In this document: positions 59,329 through 64,000 of the stretch, piece by piece | Layout: the number at the start of each line of letters is the position of its first letter | Numbering within the stretch: the first letter of the stretch is position 1 | Assembly: GCA_964016885.1 (NCBI GenBank) | Contig: OZ024753.1 | Location: 24,552,001-24,616,000, forward strand | DNA from: Eledone cirrhosa | Taxonomy: Eukaryota | Direction: 5' to 3' | DNA: 64,000 nt | The notes under the pieces: generated by a model | The model's database searches: none | What the model was told of the DNA's origin: nothing | Seen by the model: the letters and a program-made list of their open reading frames with translations, nothing else | Program-made: the position numbers and the translations under genes

Positions 59329-60760
59329 ATTTATTATTGAATGAACACTTATATGACCTCCTTTTCACCCAAGAGACATACAGATACATATGCAAATTTT
59401 GTGGGTCAACATTCATTATAGCATTTAGTGTGGCAGTCCACATTTAGAGATTACATTCATATTAAAAGATACAATCAAAAATACAGGTTAAAATACATGA
59501 AATTAAGTGGTTATATAGTGCAAAGGTTATATGTGTGGCAAGCACGTGCGTCCTGTTTATATAGTGTGGCAGAGAGTTACGTGTAATAGAAGCACTTAAG
59601 CAGGTAATCGAGAGTGTTAAGGTGGTTGATTTGGTGATGATTCTTTATATGATTGATGTAGTCCGTGTGTGGAGAAATAATATAAGTATTAAAAATAGTG
59701 TAAGCATTAAAAATATTGGAAATGCGTAGCGAAGCGATGATATGGATTTCATGCACTGCAACATTTTCATAGTCTGGGGAGCGTATTTTTCAGATTATAT
59801 GCCCCCCCCTCACATAATCCACGACGATTCGATATTGGGCGTTTGACAATCCAGTTAGAGAATCGTAGTCTGATGTTCTTTAGCTCAATACAGGAGGATG
59901 TTACGTTGTGAGAGTCGACATCGAAATACTACCCAGAAGTGTGTGTGTGTGGCTAAGGGGAGTTAATGCATGAGGGAGGTAACTCAGTGGTTTCTATTAC
60001 TAACTATTAAATTGTGTCTCAAAATAGACCCTAACTTATATGGTTATGCGCAGTTTCTAAAAAAATTCTAAAATTAAAGTGTTTTAACTATAGAGTAGTC
60101 TATTAAGTTGTGCTGAAGGTGTTCTTATTATGGTGATTAACCCCCATCGTAGAGTGCCACAAATGAATATTATACACGACGAGCGAGAATTCTAAATTAA
60201 TGATCTCTGTGGTTGCAGTCTACTCAAAGAACCAGGCAAGGTGATTGCAGAATCACTTCAACACACAATGATCCCTGGTAAGTTCCGGGTCATTGCCTGC
60301 CACATTGGATGTCGGAAGATAATCATCACCAGGGCCGACCAGAGGTCAATCCACAGTCCTCATGACTCCAATCTGACCATCAATCATACATATATGTACA
60401 ACCCATACGCCACCTGCAATACATTCATTCACTGCACCCAGCATTCCGGTCATACAGCTCATCAGCGTTACTAGATTGATTCGTTTTTCATTTGTCCAAC
60501 GATGGCACTTCCTCCGCACAGCACCAACAAGACAATCAATTCAATGCTTAAATTAACTATAAAGTGGTGTAGTGCAGTTCAAGCAAGTGGATGTTGTCAC
60601 ACCTAAAGTAGAGGTACAAAGGGGTATTCCCCCTGTGAAAGGTTCTAGAGGGATGTCGCGATTTGTGTTATATTAGGATCAATGAGTGTTGGGTATGTGG
60701 TATAAGGTGTGCCCCTTATGTTTGATGCTAGAGGTGGTGTTTGGTTCAAGTCCGACATTG

Positions 60761-61506
60761 CTATATATTGGGCTTAAAGTTTTGGAAGGAATGTCTGAAG
60801 CGGTGCTGGCAAGTTGCAAACACTTCAGATTTTTTGTTAAGTAGGTTACGGTTAGAGAAGATAATATTGTGGGTCTCTAGTATACAGAGGTTACAAAATT
60901 TATTAGGTGGTTTGTACGAAGTTGCGCTACCTATTACTTCCATTTGAGTGTGTAAGGTTTATTTTTAGTTTTTAGATATTGTATGTAGCTACATAGTGAG
61001 GTGGAGTTGGCTAGTCTGTGCTTTTTGAACGAGTGGATGTGCGAATTATATCTGATTTTGAAGCAGTTAGAAGTGGAGCCTACATAGGTTTCTGAAGAGT
61101 TGCTAGTTGTGACGGTGCATGAGTATATGATATCCTTGGTTAGGCATTTTTTATCTAAAGGGCAGGTTCTATTAGCTCTACAGTTACAATTATCCTGGGT
61201 GTTAGTCTGCTGGTTATAATGCAGTGCAGAAGTCCGGGTGGTAGCTATAGGATTTTGGACATTCGGGTTGTCGACCCTGGTGTTATTTCTATTATTACTG
61301 CCGTTATTATGGTTGCTTGCTACAGAGGTATTTAGAAGGTTTACCTCCTGTTGTGATTTCGTTTGTTGGAAGTAAGAATTAATTTTATTTTTATTGCTGC
61401 TAGCTATGTGGTATGCTAAGTTAGGCGCCGTAGAGTATGAGATTTTAATAGTGTTTTTGTTTAAAAGGTTATGGTACTTGTGTCCTAGAGGGAAGTATTT
61501 AACTAT
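60761..61506 (-). pseudogene. Penelope-like element RT-thumb/linker/GIY-YIG endonuclease fragment with one frameshift (about 60941)
   Basis: Manual translation from 61506 gives IVKYFPLGHKYHNLLNKNTIKISYSTAPNLAYHIASSNKNKI, an N/Q/T-rich linker, then CNCRANRTCPLDKKCLTKDIIYSCTVTTSNSSETYVGSTSNCFKIRYNSHIHSF...LKW. After a 1-bp loss it continues EVIGSATSYKPPNKFCNLCILETHNIIFSNRNLLNKKSEVFATCQH. IIY...YVG, RxxxH, E and LN match the GIY-YIG core. Confidence 0.88.
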
Positions 61507-61637
61507 TTAACTTACTGGTAATAAGGTAGTAATATATTACTGCCTACCACTATTTAGGGTTTATAAAAATATATATAACCGCAAAAGGTTTTGTATTTAC
61601 AAAACCATAGATAGTATAATTAATACTATATAATATA

Positions 61638-62721
61638 TCATCATCATCATCATCATCATCAACGTTTAACGTCCGTGTTCCACGCTTGCATGGGTTGGAC
61701 GGGGGGTAGTCCCACTTGAGGCAAGAGTGATTGTCTTGCTCGCATAGGACTGTCTGGCAGGTTTTCTACAGTTGGATGCCCTTCCTAACACCAACCACAT
61801 TACAGTGTGGGTCTGGGAGGTTTTTACCGTGTTGCCTACACGGCCACATTACAGCGTGGACTGTGTGTTTTTTTGTCGTGACACCTACACGATCTCATTT
61901 GTTTCGGCCTGGATGGCGCGGCACCAACATAACTTTACATATAACGGGGTGGTGTGGATGGGGTGGTGGTGGTGGGACGGGGTGTATTTTGTTAGAGATG
62001 CCTACTGGCTGGAGTAGGTTTTACTATATATTTAGGTAAGGCGGGTCTTCTCTGTTACTGAGTACCGCCAAAGGTCTCGGTCCAGTGACATTGTCTTGGA
62101 GAGGTGTAAGTGTGTGATGTCGGAGTTTATCAGCTCGTCCCAGGTTTTTCTAGGTCTGCCTATTCCGTGACTACCGTCTATCTTTATTGCCCTGCACTTT
62201 GTTATACAGCTATCGACTTTCATGCGCATCACGTGTCCATACAACGTAGCCTTCTCTCGAGTAAACAACATCTGATCCCTCTTATCTCTAATTTTTTCCT
62301 TAGTTCGTTTATGCTTTGCCGTTCACGTATATTACTGTTACACATCCAGCGGAGCATGCAAGCTTCGTTCCTCTTTAGTCTGCGTATATCCTCTGCACAC
62401 AATGCCCAGGTCTCACTGCCATGCAGCATTGCTGTTCGTATGCAGGCATCGTACAACCTGCCTTTCATTTTTAGGGAGAACCCTTTAGCAGCTAATAGTG
62501 GTATAAGCTCTCTGAACTTTTTCCAACCAGTTCTGACTCTAGCTACAGTACTTTCAGAGCACCCTCCCCCACTGCTGATTTTATCGCCCAGGTAACGGAA
62601 GCTGTCCACTATTTCTATAGAACCCTCTGCGCAATTGAAAGAGCTAGTATTTTGTGTGCACTTGCTGCTACTTATTGCACCAGAACACCGGCCACATGTA
62701 AAATCTATGTTCTTAGTTAGC

Positions 62722-62724
<3 letters not shown>
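61638..62724 (-). mobile_element. 5'-truncated RTE-clade LINE with a roughly 400-bp 3' UTR and an (ATG)n tail
   Basis: RT C-terminal remnant (see next feature). The 3' end reads ...CCGTCCAACCCATGCAAGCGTGGAACACGGACGTTAAACGTTG(ATG)n on the minus strand, and the 5' break abuts (TA)n. Confidence 0.9.
62032..62724 (-). pseudogene. RTE-clade reverse transcriptase C-terminal fragment with one frameshift (about 62242)
   Basis: VDSFRYLGD...[12 protein letters not shown]...[20 protein letters not shown]...MLRWMC...RRLR, then after the frameshift YGHVMRM...GRPRKTWDELI...DRDLWR. These are typical motifs of the RTE/non-LTR RT thumb and C-terminus. Confidence 0.9.
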
Positions 62725-63192
<468 letters not shown>

Positions 63193-63195
<3 letters not shown>

Positions 63196-63846
63196 GGAGG
63201 GCGCTATAGAAGTGGTGGATAGCTTCCGGTACCTAGGAGATCAGATTAGCATGGAGGAGGGTGTTCTGAGGCCCATAGTATCTAGAATAAGGACGGGTTG
63301 GAAGAAGTTTAGGGAGCTGCTTCCTCTGTTGACGAAGAAGGGTTTCTCCCTGCGTACGAAAGGCCGGTTGTATGATGCCTGTGTGAGGAGCGCGATGCTG
63401 CATTGGTAGTGAGACATGGGCACCAACTGCAGAGGATATGCGACGGCTGGAGAGAAATGAGGCAAGCATGCTCCGTTGGATGTGCAGTGTAAATGTGCGT
63501 GAACGACCCAGCATAATGTGTTGAGAGAGAAACTGTGTCTGAGAGGGACAGAATGTAGTGTACGGAGAGGAGACTGAGGTGGTATGGACATGTGATGCGC
63601 ATGGAGGATGACCGATGGTGAAGAAGTGCCAGGAAATGCCAGTTGAAGGAAGACGTGGGTAGAGGTAGACCACAAAAAACATGGGCGGAGGTGGTGAGAA
63701 CAGACCTCAGATCATTGAAGCTCACGGTGGAGATGACGAAGGACCGTGACGAGTGGAGAGATGCTGTGCTGAATAAGACCCGTCCCACCCTTGCAAGCAG
63801 GGTAAAGCGGATGTAGAATGATGATGATGATGATGATGATGATGAT
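63193..63846 (+). mobile_element. 5'-truncated, multiply frameshifted RTE-clade LINE (a second subfamily) with a short 3' end and an (ATG)n tail
   Basis: [19 protein letters not shown]...[16 protein letters not shown]...[15 protein letters not shown], a frameshift, then GSETW... It ends AAGACCCGTCCCACCCTTGCAAGCAGGGTAAAGCGGATGTAGA(ATG)n, followed by TATATA. Confidence 0.9.
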
Positions 63847-64000
63847 ATATATAGTAATAATAAATGTGAAGACTAAAATCCAGAGAGGGCTCGATAAGGA
63901 TAAATATATATCAAATATATAAGAACTCTAGAGCAAATATTTATTAAAATAATAGATTAAAGTTTAAGCAAAGAATCGCTGCTTTCACCCTTAACGGGAC

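Larger units (their letters stand above)
59244..61506 (-). mobile_element. 5'-truncated Penelope-like retroelement (C-terminal GIY-YIG endonuclease plus an inferred 1.5-kb 3' region ending at a (TA)n tract)
   Basis: There is a coding remnant at 60761-61506 and a hammerhead-like motif at 59282-59328 on the same strand. Assigning 59244-60760 to the same element is inference. Confidence 0.65.

Noticed and set aside
59824-59932. Plus-strand hairpins (ACGATTC/GAATCGT; GTAGT-CTGATGT...ACATC-GAAAT-ACTAC) as a ribozyme
   Set aside because: The core is CTGATGT and there is no helix III or cleavage triplet. The short stems are compatible with chance.
60427-60465. Minus-strand CTGATGA-GCTGTA...TGCAGT-GAAT hairpin as a hammerhead or SECIS element
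   Set aside because: It has a plausible stem but GAAT instead of GAAA and no convincing helix I or III. As a SECIS, the spacing is off, the lower stem is missing, and the upstream ORF has no in-frame TGA at Cys positions.
60241-60474. 77-aa plus-strand ORF as a gene
   Set aside because: It is short, starts with GTG, has no recognisable motif, and lies in the inferred retroelement 3' region.
63945-64000. Minus-strand GTCCC-GTTAA-GGGT-GAAAG as part of another hammerhead
   Set aside because: The CUGANGA box would lie outside the window and helix III is not evident, so it cannot be supported here.

Overview
This is eukaryotic repeat DNA with no supportable host gene. Bases 1-58225 (about 91% of the window) are one uninterrupted tandem satellite of a 27-bp monomer (consensus GGACTAACACTGTATGTAACAGACAGA, about 2,150 copies). 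All the giant ORFs in the track come from this monomer, whose length is a multiple of 3 and which is stop-free in 4 of 6 frames. The monomer is a quasi-palindrome. Its variant units record nested duplications (297 bp, 3672 bp, 4320 bp, 5045 bp), a five-times-amplified +2/-2 indel pair that restores phase, and more divergence toward the right end. After a 200-N scaffold gap, the last 5.6 kb is a nest of 5'-truncated retroelements sitting in (TA)n microsatellites. It holds three RTE-clade LINE pieces with (ATG)n tails and a Penelope-like element whose frameshifted GIY-YIG endonuclease region was mostly missed by the ORF track. Minimal hammerhead-ribozyme-like motifs lie on the same strand as the Penelope-like element. 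The repeat mix resembles an octopus or other cephalopod genome (inference only). I found no convincing new multi-gene system. The best leads are the satellite's dyad and phase behaviour, the variant hammerhead, and the composite RTE 3' end.
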